64,000 nucleotides of DNA from an uncultured archaeon (GTDB lineage: Archaea > Nanohalarchaeota > Nanosalinia > Nanosalinales > Nanosalinaceae). This document shows, piece by piece, positions 40,352 through 49,886 of this stretch. The notes below the pieces were generated by a model that saw only the letters and a list, made by a program, of their open reading frames with translations, was not told the origin of the DNA and did not search any database. The translations under genes and the position numbers were made by a program. The DNA is taken from contig CAYQYU010000003.1 of assembly GCA_964421955.1 (NCBI GenBank), positions 1 to 64,000 of the forward strand, written 5' to 3'. Numbering within the stretch: position 1 is the stretch's first letter; the number at the start of each line of letters is the position of its first letter.

Positions 40352-41107
40352 ATGAGAGTTGAGAAGCTTCTGAAGAGGTTAAGGCGAGAGTTCATCAAGG
40401 TCAACATGATTCAGGCGATACTTGACTCCCTGCTGTTCTTTCTCTCCGCAAACCTAGTGCTGTTCCTTTTCAGTATCTCGCTGACCGCGAGCTTCGAGAA
40501 CATCGAGGTACTGGCCGCAATGACCGTTGTCTTCCTGATGGGCGACCTGGTCTACAGGACGAGGAAGTACCGGCTGGAGATATACGAGGAGAAAAACCCC
40601 GAGCTCGAAGAGATTCTGAGGACGGCGCGGGACAACCTCGACCGGCAGAACATCGTCTCCCAGGCACTTTTCGACGACCTGCTTGACCGAGCACGGACTG
40701 TCACTTCGGAGAGCATCATACCTTCGAAACGGATCATCCAGAAAATACTTATGGTCGGGCTCCTGAGTTTCCTCACCGTTTTCTCCGGTATAACAAGCTT
40801 CCAGCTGCAGGAGGACGGCGGCGAGATACTGCCTGAGGTTGACCGCATCCGGGAGCTTGTCCAGGGCAAGAAGGACGATGGCTTCCAGCTCCACAACTCC
40901 AGCCAGATTTACGGCGATTCGGAAGATATCGATGCATCGGAGATGGACATCCAGTTCAACATAACAGGAGAAGGGGAAGCCGGTGAATCATCCGGACAGG
41001 AAACGCGGTCTATAGAAGAGCTCGCGCTCGATATCTCTTCAAGCACGATGGATGAGGACCTCGAGCTGGCGAAGGAGTACAGTATAGCTATCAAGGAGAT
41101 AGGCTGA
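40352..41107 (+). CDS. Hypothetical membrane protein of the MoxR/vWA operon
   Basis: TM helices and E..NPEL.E.LRTARD motif; operonic position. Confidence 0.75.
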   Translation: MRVEKLLKRLRREFIKVNMIQAILDSLLFFLSANLVLFLFSISLTASFENIEVLAAMTVVFLMGDLVYRTRKYRLEIYEEKNPELEEILRTARDNLDRQNIVSQALFDDLLDRARTVTSESIIPSKRIIQKILMVGLLSFLTVFSGITSFQLQEDGGEILPEVDRIRELVQGKKDDGFQLHNSSQIYGDSEDIDASEMDIQFNITGEGEAGESSGQETRSIEELALDISSSTMDEDLELAKEYSIAIKEIG

Positions 41108-41155
41108 ATAATGAAAAAACAATTGTTAAAATAAGTCACTACAAAATAATCGTAT

Positions 41156-42121
41156 ATGAAGATAGAAGGAACCGACGAGGCCGGAAAGTACGAGAAAGTG
41201 AATGAAAAGCTCAACAGCATAATGACCGAGGTACAGAAGGTAATAGTCGGTCAGGAAGACGTTCTCGAAAAACTGTTGATCGCGGTTCTATGTGACGGAA
41301 ACGTCCTCGTCGAATCCTACCCCGGGCTTGGAAAGACCAAGATGATACGCACCCTTTCAGAGGTCATGGGGCTCGAGTTCTCACGGATACAGAACACGCC
41401 CGACCTGATGCCTTCAGACATTACCGGGACGCACATCATCGACGAGACCTCGGGCGACAAGGAGTTCGTCTTCCAGCGTGGACCAATCTTCGCTAACATG
41501 ATACTGGCGGACGAGATTAATAGAGCGACGCCAAAGACCCAGGCCGCGCTGCTTGAGGCGATGCAGGAGAAGCAGGTCACCGCGGGCAACCAGTCTTACC
41601 AGCTCGACAAGCCGTTCTTCCTGATGGCAACCCAGAACCCGATCGACCAGGAAGGGACCTACCCGCTGCCCGAGGCGCAGAGCGACCGGTTCCTGATGAA
41701 GGTGAAGGTTGACTACCCGGGTGAAGACGAGGAGAACCAGATCGTCAACAGGTTCACCTCCGAACTTAATTATGCCCCGGATCTCGAAAACGTCCTCTCG
41801 AAGGGCTCGGTGATCAAGATACAGGAGTTCACGACGCAGGTGCCAATCGCCGACGACATCAGAGAGAAAGCTGTAAAGATGGTCAAGAGCACCAGGGAAC
41901 ACGAAGACCTGGACTATGGCGCGTCTCCACGCGCATCTCTCGGAATAGTCAGGGCGGCGAAGGCCCGGGCGCTGATAGAGGGACGGAACCACGTTTCCGA
42001 GAAGGATATCGACGCGATGGCTGTACCTGTCATGCGGCACAGGATCGGACTCAACTTCCAGGCCGAGAAGAAGGGCAGGACTCCCGAGGACGTTATACAG
42101 GAGATAGTCGATGAATCATGA
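41156..42121 (+). CDS. moxR: MoxR-family AAA+ ATPase
   Basis: PGLGKT, RIQNTPDLMPSDITG, DEINRATPKTQAALLEAMQE, ATQNP..EGTYPLPEAQ.DRF. Confidence 0.95.
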   Translation: MKIEGTDEAGKYEKVNEKLNSIMTEVQKVIVGQEDVLEKLLIAVLCDGNVLVESYPGLGKTKMIRTLSEVMGLEFSRIQNTPDLMPSDITGTHIIDETSGDKEFVFQRGPIFANMILADEINRATPKTQAALLEAMQEKQVTAGNQSYQLDKPFFLMATQNPIDQEGTYPLPEAQSDRFLMKVKVDYPGEDEENQIVNRFTSELNYAPDLENVLSKGSVIKIQEFTTQVPIADDIREKAVKMVKSTREHEDLDYGASPRASLGIVRAAKARALIEGRNHVSEKDIDAMAVPVMRHRIGLNFQAEKKGRTPEDVIQEIVDES

Positions 42122-42136
42122 TAGGAGGCATTAAAA

Positions 42137-42997
42137 GTGGCAATAGAACTCGACTTTCTCGAAGAGCTTGACCGTTTCCAGCTCGCGTTAAAGAAGAACT
42201 CTAGAGAGCTGAGAGAGGGAGAGCAGCAGTCCGCAACTACCGGACAGGGCATGATATTCGAGGACCACAAGAAGTACGTCCCCGGCGACGATATCCGGAA
42301 GATGGACTGGAACGTTTACGCCCGGACGGAGGAACTATTCATCAAGCGTTTCGAGGAGGAGAAGAGCATCACCGTCCACGTACTCGTTGACCGCTCCTCG
42401 TCGATGGATTACGGCAAGATCAACAAGTACGAGTTCGCGTCGAAGATCGGTCTGGCGATCGCCTACATGGTCTCAAACACCAATGACCGGTTCCGCTTCT
42501 CCGTTTTTTCAGAGACTGTTACCGACATATCCTCTGGCAGGAGAAATGCGAACATGGCCGGGCTCGTCGACACCCTGAACGGGCTAAGAAAGACTCCGGA
42601 GTCGATGGTGGAACGCTGCCTGACAGAGTACGCGAGCAGGATCCAGAACAAGTCGATGGTCGTCGTGATCAGCGACTTCCTGACGGATATCGAGGGTATA
42701 GAGGCCGGAGTCGAGCGGCTTAAAGGCACAGACACCGTGCTCGTCAACACTCTCGATGTGACAGAGCTTGATCCAGACTTTGAAGGCGACGCGATCCTGA
42801 AAGATCCCGAGTCGGACTCAACCCTGAGAACCTATTTATCCCGGAGAACCAAGGAAGGCTACCAGGATCGGCTGGAAGAACACACGGACCGGATCGAGGA
42901 GATCGCAGAGAGAAACGGCGCGCGATACATAAAGCTCTCGACAGGAGACGACATCTTCGAGTCCTTTTTGAGCGTCTGGCGTCTCATGAACATGTAG
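42137..42997 (+). CDS. DUF58 / vWA-like protein
   Basis: FEDH..YVPGDDIR.MDWNVYAR, DRSSSM, ISDF. Confidence 0.92.
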   Translation: MAIELDFLEELDRFQLALKKNSRELREGEQQSATTGQGMIFEDHKKYVPGDDIRKMDWNVYARTEELFIKRFEEEKSITVHVLVDRSSSMDYGKINKYEFASKIGLAIAYMVSNTNDRFRFSVFSETVTDISSGRRNANMAGLVDTLNGLRKTPESMVERCLTEYASRIQNKSMVVVISDFLTDIEGIEAGVERLKGTDTVLVNTLDVTELDPDFEGDAILKDPESDSTLRTYLSRRTKEGYQDRLEEHTDRIEEIAERNGARYIKLSTGDDIFESFLSVWRLMNM

Positions 42998-43033
42998 CTC
43001 TCTTACAAAAGATTTCATCATCAATTGTTCTGC

Positions 43034-43771
43034 ATGAAAATACTCGGCTTTGAAACCATAGACTCGCTGCCCGCGCTCTATCACCCTGGGATGGATATGA
43101 TTGTGATCTCAGATCTGCATCTCGGGCTGGAGGGCTCGGTAACTTCAGAGGGAGGCTACATCCCGCAGTTCCAGCTTGAGGATCTGGTGGATGACCTGGA
43201 GTTCGCGAAAGAAGAGACTGGCGCATCAAGGATACTTGTCAACGGCGACCTGAAGCACGAGTTTTCAAGAACACGTTACAGTGAGCGTCAGGAGATAGAG
43301 GAGTTCATAGAGTTTCTCGATGCGATGTTCGACGAGGTTATCGTCATCCAGGGAAACCACGACACCTTTATCGAGAGTATAGTGGAAGATAACGGCGGAA
43401 AGTTCAGCAAACATTTTATTGAAGACGGCATCCTTTTCATCCACGGCCATAACAGACTCTCCGAGCTCGAGGCAGGCGACTACGAAACCCTGGTGATCGG
43501 CCACGAGCACCCGGCACTTGTACTCAAGGACGAGATCGGGGTGAAGGAGAAGGTCGACTGTTTCCTCTACGGCGAAACCCGGAGTGGGAAAAATATCGTT
43601 GTTCTTCCCGCTTTCTCGAAAATCTCGGGAGGCTCAAAGGTCAACCAGGTGCCGCAGAACCAGCTGCTCTCGCCGATTCTAAGGAACGAGGCGGATATCA
43701 GGGAGCTGAAGGCGGTCGCAGTTTCCAGGGAGGCCGGCATCTACAGCTTTCCAGAGATCGGTCTCATCTAG
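43034..43771 (+). CDS. Metallophosphoesterase (Lhr-associated MPE type)
   Basis: SDLHLG, GDLKH, GNHD, HGH, GHEHP, VLPAF. Confidence 0.9.
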   Translation: MKILGFETIDSLPALYHPGMDMIVISDLHLGLEGSVTSEGGYIPQFQLEDLVDDLEFAKEETGASRILVNGDLKHEFSRTRYSERQEIEEFIEFLDAMFDEVIVIQGNHDTFIESIVEDNGGKFSKHFIEDGILFIHGHNRLSELEAGDYETLVIGHEHPALVLKDEIGVKEKVDCFLYGETRSGKNIVVLPAFSKISGGSKVNQVPQNQLLSPILRNEADIRELKAVAVSREAGIYSFPEIGLI

Positions 43772-44949
43772 AGATAGTTTATCCAGCCGTAGACCGCGAG
43801 CACCAGGAGCATCCCTGCGATACCCGCGGCCGCGAGGAAGGAAGCGTTCAGGGACCAGATCGCGGCAACGGTACCTGCGATCACAGGTCCGAGGGTCTGG
43901 CCGGCGTGCTTGACGAACTCGAGGAATCCCGTGAGTTCTGACTCGATGTCTTCCGGCGCCGCCTCGTCGAACAGGGCGTGTAGAGGCGGCGACATGCCCG
44001 CGGAAAATAGCCGGGCGATGAAGAAAAGTATTCCTACCAGCGCTATGTCGGTGACGAAGTTCATCGATACAAGAACCGGCGCCAGCAAGAGGGAAAGCAA
44101 CGCTACGGTCTTGTGCTTTCCTATCCTGTCGGCGATATCGCCGAACACGAACTGGAAAGCCTTTGGGAGCGCGGCAGCACCGAATATGACCCCCATCATT
44201 GTGAAGTCAGCACCTATTTCGTTCAGGAGCAGGGGTATCGCGAGCCAGTAGAACGAGAAAATCACGGAGTAGAGGAAGATCAGGCTGAAAGGGAACCTCA
44301 GCTCCGACCAGTTATCCCGTAGATGCTCCCAGTCATCCACGTAGGTTCTACGGTGGAAGAGATCTTCGAGAGAATCCACGAAGCCGCGCCTGCCCTCAAG
44401 ACCTATGTAGCTCAGGAACACCGTAACCGCGAGCGCGGAAGAGAATATCCAGAACCAGAAAGGCAGGTGCCAGCCGTAGGAGGCAATCATGTAACCACCG
44501 ATTACCGGCCCCACTATTATCCCCAGGTTGGTGCCGAGCAGGAAGACAGAGACCGCCTCGGATTCAACGTCGCTATCCGCACTTTTGAGAGATACGCTCC
44601 AGCCACCATTCCATATCAGGACCTTCGACAGACCCTCTGTGGCCTTGGCAGCCACTATCAGTACTGGCGTTGCGGCCAGGTACATGAATGCGGGAAGAGC
44701 GAATATCGCGAGCCCACTGAATATAACCGCCTTCTCGCCCGCGCGCTGGACAAGGTTGCCCGCGGGAATATCAAGTAAAACAGGTATGGCGGCGGGAAGC
44801 GACGTCACTACCCCGACCAGAAAGACAGAGGCGATGTGCTGTTCAATATAGATAGGTAGAAAGTTCCAGACCGTTGAGCGGCCAATCCATGCCAGGAAAA
44901 ATACCAGTGACAGGTATTTCGATATCGCGGGTATCCTGTCGAGTTCCAC
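43768..44949 (-). CDS. MFS transporter
   Basis: About 12 TM helices with G.IADRIG and GPVIGG motifs. Confidence 0.9.
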   Translation of the reverse strand: MELDRIPAISKYLSLVFFLAWIGRSTVWNFLPIYIEQHIASVFLVGVVTSLPAAIPVLLDIPAGNLVQRAGEKAVIFSGLAIFALPAFMYLAATPVLIVAAKATEGLSKVLIWNGGWSVSLKSADSDVESEAVSVFLLGTNLGIIVGPVIGGYMIASYGWHLPFWFWIFSSALAVTVFLSYIGLEGRRGFVDSLEDLFHRRTYVDDWEHLRDNWSELRFPFSLIFLYSVIFSFYWLAIPLLLNEIGADFTMMGVIFGAAALPKAFQFVFGDIADRIGKHKTVALLSLLLAPVLVSMNFVTDIALVGILFFIARLFSAGMSPPLHALFDEAAPEDIESELTGFLEFVKHAGQTLGPVIAGTVAAIWSLNASFLAAAGIAGMLLVLAVYGWINYL

Positions 44950-45046
44950 CGAACTTCACAAATTTCGATCATATGTGCCGCGTTACGCCTGCGGCTCCAG
45001 CAACTTTCAGGTTTTCCTCCGTAGAATCCATGTACTTTTTCGGGGT

Positions 45047-45259
45047 TCAGTAGGTTATAAACTTCCCGCTGTCCTGGACTTCCTCAAGCTCTTTCTCCTT
45101 TTCTCGCTCCTTCTGCTTCTGTATAAACTCCTTCTTGGCCTCTTCCTTGAGCTTCTGGAAGCGCTCCTCTGCCTCACTGTTCTCCGTGCCTGCCTGCTCC
45201 TTCTTCAGCTTCTCGTACCGGTCGCTTGAGGACTCGTTTTCAGGTTCAAGCTCTCTCAT
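45047..45259 (-). CDS. Small charged hypothetical protein
   Basis: 70-aa E/K-rich helix overlapping the upstream gene. Confidence 0.6.
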   Translation of the reverse strand: MRELEPENESSSDRYEKLKKEQAGTENSEAEERFQKLKEEAKKEFIQKQKEREKEKELEEVQDSGKFITY

Positions 45260-45473
45260 GTTTCTTCCCCACGAAAGGTAGGTACCTGGAGACAGTTATT
45301 AGTTTCCCTATCTTCTCCGAGGTGCGTTCTATCGATTCCGCAGATCTCTCCACGGACTGGACAAGTTTGTCCAGGTTTCTCAGGATCAGGACCAGGTATA
45401 TCAGCAGTCCCAGAAAAAGCAGTTTGAGTATCACGTCAAGGACCTGGTTCAGTAACGTGAGAGTGATCACCAT
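45246..45473 (-). CDS. Small membrane protein (TM + short coiled coil)
   Basis: Hydrophobic N-terminus followed by an amphipathic helix. Confidence 0.65.
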   Translation of the reverse strand: MVITLTLLNQVLDVILKLLFLGLLIYLVLILRNLDKLVQSVERSAESIERTSEKIGKLITVSRYLPFVGKKHERA

Positions 45474-45559
45474 AACCCTGTATAGACGGTCTCGAGTTTT
45501 ATACCTGAGGGTCCGAGAAAGGCTTTTAAGCCTCTAAACCGAATTTTTCAAGTGATAAC

Positions 45560-45901
45560 ATGGTACAAGTTCCAGAAGACGTTGAAATTGCAGACCTTCC
45601 CTTCACCCATGCACGGATCAAAAGAATGGTTAGAGATGAGGCTTCAGAGGGCCAGTACGTCCGTTCAAATGTTTACTACGGCCTGAACCTCTTGCTCGGC
45701 GAGATCGCGGAGGAAATCATCGACAGGATGATGGACACCGAAGCCGCGTACGTGGAAAAACACGACCTCGACAGGGCGGCGAGGAAGTACGAGAAGGTCG
45801 AGAACATCATCAAGGAGAAGGAACGTGTAGTAAGGAAGCTAGAGGCGCTGAGCGCGGACATCGAGAGACTTTCCCGAGAGGTAGAGCAGGCAGACCACTG
45901 A
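45560..45901 (+). CDS. Histone-fold protein with C-terminal coiled coil
   Basis: LPF..ARIKRMVR helix 1, a long helix 2, VEKHDLDRA helix 3, then ~35 aa of heptads. Confidence 0.7.
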   Translation: MVQVPEDVEIADLPFTHARIKRMVRDEASEGQYVRSNVYYGLNLLLGEIAEEIIDRMMDTEAAYVEKHDLDRAARKYEKVENIIKEKERVVRKLEALSADIERLSREVEQADH

Positions 45902-45971
45902 CCTGTTCCCTCACCTGTATTCTTTCTTCTCCCCATCTACTTTTTGAAGCTTTATAACACCGCTATAATCT

Positions 45972-46313
45972 ATGAGATTCGAGGCCGAGGTTATAGCCGA
46001 AGACTTGCTGCCCGCGGTCAGAAGCATTCTCGCATCAAGGCTCCACGACGACTACGGCTTCACGCAGGAGGAGATAGCGGCGAGGCTAGAAATTACACAG
46101 CCAGCGGTTTCACAGTACCTTGGACAGACCCGGGCAGATCAGGAAGTAATCGAGAAGCTGCAGGACGACCCGCAGGTCGATATTTTACTCGACGACATCA
46201 CCTCGCTCGTGGCGAAGGATAAAGACTTCGCGAACGAGATCGGCCAGCTGATCGATACTGTTAGAGACAAGGGAATCCTGAAGGAACGGTTTGAAGGCAC
46301 GAGAAAGATCTAG
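45972..46313 (+). CDS. HTH transcriptional regulator
   Basis: LPAVRSILA..L...GFTQEEIAARLEITQPAVSQYL. Confidence 0.88.
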   Translation: MRFEAEVIAEDLLPAVRSILASRLHDDYGFTQEEIAARLEITQPAVSQYLGQTRADQEVIEKLQDDPQVDILLDDITSLVAKDKDFANEIGQLIDTVRDKGILKERFEGTRKI

Positions 46314-48358
46314 TAATCCTTGAAGCCGTCCCACTCGAACTCTTCGGCCTCCTCTTCACCGGTCATTGTCCTGATCCTTGCCATAATATCGTCGAGGCCC
46401 CGGATATCTATGTCCGAGTCAAAGAACTTGTCGAGATCCAGATTGTAATCATCGCTCCAGTATAGGAAGCCACCGACACCGCCAATTACAACCACGAACA
46501 GGCCGAAGCCTATCATCACCATTCTCCTGAGGTCTCGCCTGCTGTCGATCTTCTTTACATTTTCAAACGACTTCTCCGCGGCGCTGTAGTCCGCATCGAT
46601 ACCTTCAAGTGCTGAGGAAATCCTGTAGTATTCGCCGCTGTCACGCGCCTTCTGTGCATCTTCAACCTTCTGTTTAAAGCTTGAGAAGTTGGACTCAAAG
46701 CGCTGTTTAAGGTCGTCGCCCCAGCCATCCTTGTTGCTGGAAAAATCGCTCTGGAGCTTGCTAAGCTTCTCCTCGTACGTGGAGAGGTTTGCCTCAAGCT
46801 CCTGCTGCTGGTCCTGGTTCGCCTCGACCACAAGCGGGAAGCTCTTGGAGATCTCCGGGTAGGAGAGTGATACGGTAACATCGTATTCTCCGAGGTCCCC
46901 GTCATCGGTCTCTACCCCGAATCCCAGGGTCAAAGTATCTCCCGGCTCCATGTCGCTGACCTTCGAGGAGTCAGAAACAACTCCTTCCGCCGCGACGCTC
47001 AGGTTGGTCTCGTCGATGAAGATATCGCCGGTGTTCTCAAGTGTCACGTCAAAGCTCTCGGAGTCGCCCGCAGTGACAGAAAGATTTGAGGGCGGCGCCA
47101 GGCTTATCTCGGGCGTCGCATCCGGATCATAGGTGAAATCTATCGTCTCTGGATCACTCCATCTACCCGCGTTGTCCTTTGCACGTATGTATATTGTCTG
47201 CTCGCCCTCATCAAGGCCAGAAACGCTGGCCGAGAATTCGCCCTCGCTGTCGCTAACGTTCACCGTGTTACCGTCTCCTTCGTCTACTGAGGATTCGTAG
47301 AAGTATTCCAGTTTATCAATACCTGAAACGTCGGTGGCGGTAAACTCTACGGGGAAGTCACTGTTTACAGTACTTCCTGGTATAGAAAGGTCGAAAAGGG
47401 ATGGCGGGCTGCCGTCGAAGAAGTAGGTCTCAGTATCGCTTTCCTTGCAGTTGCCGGCCTGGTCACACATTTCAACGTAAATATCGGTCTCTGTGTCCGA
47501 GTAGTCATCGCCGTCTACTTCACAGGTGAAAGTGGTGTCGCCGCTGACCGACTGCGTCTCAGAGTCAATCTCATCGTCATTCCCATCGTAACACGTAACA
47601 GTTATGTCCGAACCCTCGTCCTCCTCACTCAGCTCGACCTCGAAATCGTACTCGTCGTCCTCGTCAAGCAGGATGTACTCCTCATCAGGAAGATCAGGTG
47701 AAGTGTCGCCGTCGTAAGAGGTGTCGACAGTGAAGTCCCAGGAACCTGTCTTCTTGTTCCCGGCCTTGTCAAATATGCTGTAATCAACAGTATAGGTTTC
47801 ATCGTTCAGGTCTTCAAGATCCAGGCTCTCGCCGACGGTCGAGTCCTCATTATCGTCTTCCGAATCCGTCACATTCAGGAAAGTGTAGTTGACCCCTGCG
47901 TCACCGTTATCAGAGGTGTCGACAGAAACCGTCGGATCGGTCTCTGAGGTGTACCCTGTAGGGGATTTGGAATCCAGCTGTGGCTTCTGGGTGTCGAAAA
48001 CTACGTCGGTTATCTCAGCGCTTCCATCGGAGTTGTTGGCTTTAAAATCATAAGTACCGTCTCCCTTGCTGGTTGTCTCGTAGGTGTAGAAGTTGTTCGT
48101 ACCCGAGGTTTCGTTGCTCAGGGAGGTGTAGTTCGATTCATCCGAGTTCTTTATCCAGAAATGAACGTATCCGGCGGTGCTCTCGGTCACGTTTAATGTA
48201 ACGTCGTTGGTTCCGAATATCTGGCCATCGGAGCTCGGGTTGTTCCAGCTCGGCGAGGCCGCCGAAAACCCGGCTACAAGGACTGCGGTTGTGGCCAGTA
48301 GAAGTACTTTAAAAACCGTGTTTCTTCTTTTCGAGAACACTGTGAAGCAATTCCTCAC
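46310..48358 (-). CDS. Cell-surface protein with Ig-like repeats, coiled coil and C-terminal TM anchor
   Basis: Signal peptide, D.AGN Ig-like motifs, LENTG CARDB-like segment, C-terminal TM helix. Confidence 0.8.
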   Translation of the reverse strand: MRNCFTVFSKRRNTVFKVLLLATTAVLVAGFSAASPSWNNPSSDGQIFGTNDVTLNVTESTAGYVHFWIKNSDESNYTSLSNETSGTNNFYTYETTSKGDGTYDFKANNSDGSAEITDVVFDTQKPQLDSKSPTGYTSETDPTVSVDTSDNGDAGVNYTFLNVTDSEDDNEDSTVGESLDLEDLNDETYTVDYSIFDKAGNKKTGSWDFTVDTSYDGDTSPDLPDEEYILLDEDDEYDFEVELSEEDEGSDITVTCYDGNDDEIDSETQSVSGDTTFTCEVDGDDYSDTETDIYVEMCDQAGNCKESDTETYFFDGSPPSLFDLSIPGSTVNSDFPVEFTATDVSGIDKLEYFYESSVDEGDGNTVNVSDSEGEFSASVSGLDEGEQTIYIRAKDNAGRWSDPETIDFTYDPDATPEISLAPPSNLSVTAGDSESFDVTLENTGDIFIDETNLSVAAEGVVSDSSKVSDMEPGDTLTLGFGVETDDGDLGEYDVTVSLSYPEISKSFPLVVEANQDQQQELEANLSTYEEKLSKLQSDFSSNKDGWGDDLKQRFESNFSSFKQKVEDAQKARDSGEYYRISSALEGIDADYSAAEKSFENVKKIDSRRDLRRMVMIGFGLFVVVIGGVGGFLYWSDDYNLDLDKFFDSDIDIRGLDDIMARIRTMTGEEEAEEFEWDGFKDY

Positions 48359-48395
48359 ATATGTTTAAGTAAATTTAACGGATGGTTGTGTTTCA

Positions 48396-48890
48396 ATGGA
48401 TTCAAAAGAGTATTCAGGAGCTTCAGGCACGAGAGTTCTCGACGTGGGTGTCGGCGATTACCGGGTTGCGGACGACGGTTACAGCGTTCTGGAGACGGGT
48501 GATGTTTTCACCTGTGTCGCGGTCGGGCTCTACGACAAGGCGACAGGTAGCCGGGGCCTGGTGCACGCAAGAACTCCTGGAGAGGACGTGGACGGTGTAA
48601 ACAGGCTGCTTGGCGAGATGGCCGAGGAACTTCCTCCTGGAGAAAGCTGGCAGGCATATGTCGTGGGCGGGGGATACGATCCGGACTGTCCGCGTCTGGG
48701 CATGAGCAACGGGAATAGCGCGAAGTCATGGCTGGAAGAGTTCGGCGTTGAAGACGTAGAACTTGAGACCGGTGGAGAGCTTAAACGCGACGTCCGGCTT
48801 CTACCGTCGGGAGAAGTCGAGATTGACGAGACAGGTATGTCCCAGTTTAACCGCAGAAACACTGGAAACGGAAGAAGGTCCCGTATCTAG
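48396..48890 (+). CDS. CheD-like deamidase-fold protein
   Basis: VGVGDY.V, TCVAVGLYD...GLVH (Cys/His pair), VVGG, ETGG...R match the CheD pattern. Confidence 0.7.
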   Translation: MDSKEYSGASGTRVLDVGVGDYRVADDGYSVLETGDVFTCVAVGLYDKATGSRGLVHARTPGEDVDGVNRLLGEMAEELPPGESWQAYVVGGGYDPDCPRLGMSNGNSAKSWLEEFGVEDVELETGGELKRDVRLLPSGEVEIDETGMSQFNRRNTGNGRRSRI

Positions 48891-49183
48891 TCATCTGCAG
48901 GTACGTATTCTGGCTCAACATCTGCAATCATTTCTTCCTCCCTGCTCCTTCTCTCTCTTTCTCTCGCGGCGTAGTACCCGTCAAGCATCTTGAAAGGATC
49001 GAAGCCGCTGTCCTCTTCCAGTCTTTCCTCCAGTTCGGCCTTTGTGCTCGTTCTTGCCTTCGACTCGAGTATTCGGTGCACGGCGTATGCCGGAACAGTA
49101 CTTACCACAGCTCCTGCCGTTGCGGCCAGGTATCCCGGGTTGTCGGCCAGTATCTGGCCGGTTCTGTAAACTATGTCTTCCAT
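48887..49183 (-). CDS. Hypothetical protein
   Basis: 98 aa with a hydrophobic N-terminal segment and GGGAG SD upstream. Confidence 0.6.
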   Translation of the reverse strand: MEDIVYRTGQILADNPGYLAATAGAVVSTVPAYAVHRILESKARTSTKAELEERLEEDSGFDPFKMLDGYYAARERERRSREEEMIADVEPEYVPADD

Positions 49184-49225
49184 AGCAATCTCCCAATAGA
49201 GAAGAAATTTTTATTAGGTTACATT

Positions 49226-49885
49226 TTATTGCTTCTGGAAGAATTCGTCGAGCTGCTCCTTGTCATCGCTCGGCCCTATAATCACAAGCTGGTCTCCCTC
49301 GTCTATCCGTATGTTCAGGTCGCCAGTGAGAACCTTATCGGGCTGGATCACCGCGGCTATCTTGAAGTGGTCAGGGAAGCTCTTTTCTTCTTGGAGTTCG
49401 GTCACCGTAGAGCCTACAAGGCCGGATTCCTCCTTTATAGAGGCCTTCAGAACCTCGCGCTCGCTGGAAAGGTTGGCTAGCTTGACCAGATACGGGTGTT
49501 CAACCGTTGACAGGAACTCGCTTATCAGCAGGTCTGTGTGCCCTATGGTCTCCGCGCCTATAACCTCGAACGCGTCGTAGTACTCATCGTCCTCGACACG
49601 GGATACGACCTTTGGAACACCATACTTCTTCCCGAGAGAGCAGATAACCATGTTCTCGTTGTCGTCCTTCGAGGTCGAGATCAAGACGTCCGCCTCGGTG
49701 ATGCCTGCATCCTCCAGCGCGGATAACGCGGTAGGTGAACGGTTGATGACCGTTGCGCCCGAGGATGAGTACAGCCGTTTGCACTTGTCCTCGTCATCAT
49801 CGATGATCACAACGTCGTGACGGTCCTCAAGCTGTTCTACAAGTCTCCTCGACAGGGTGTTGATATCCGCTATTACTACGTACAT
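49226..49885 (-). CDS. trkA: TrkA-family K+ uptake regulatory subunit
   Basis: RCK_N-like (LEDAGITEADV....D.EN...C) plus RCK_C (GDQLVIIG); next to trkH. Confidence 0.85.
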   Translation of the reverse strand: MYVVIADINTLSRRLVEQLEDRHDVVIIDDDEDKCKRLYSSSGATVINRSPTALSALEDAGITEADVLISTSKDDNENMVICSLGKKYGVPKVVSRVEDDEYYDAFEVIGAETIGHTDLLISEFLSTVEHPYLVKLANLSSEREVLKASIKEESGLVGSTVTELQEEKSFPDHFKIAAVIQPDKVLTGDLNIRIDEGDQLVIIGPSDDKEQLDEFFQKQ

Positions 49886-49886
49886 C

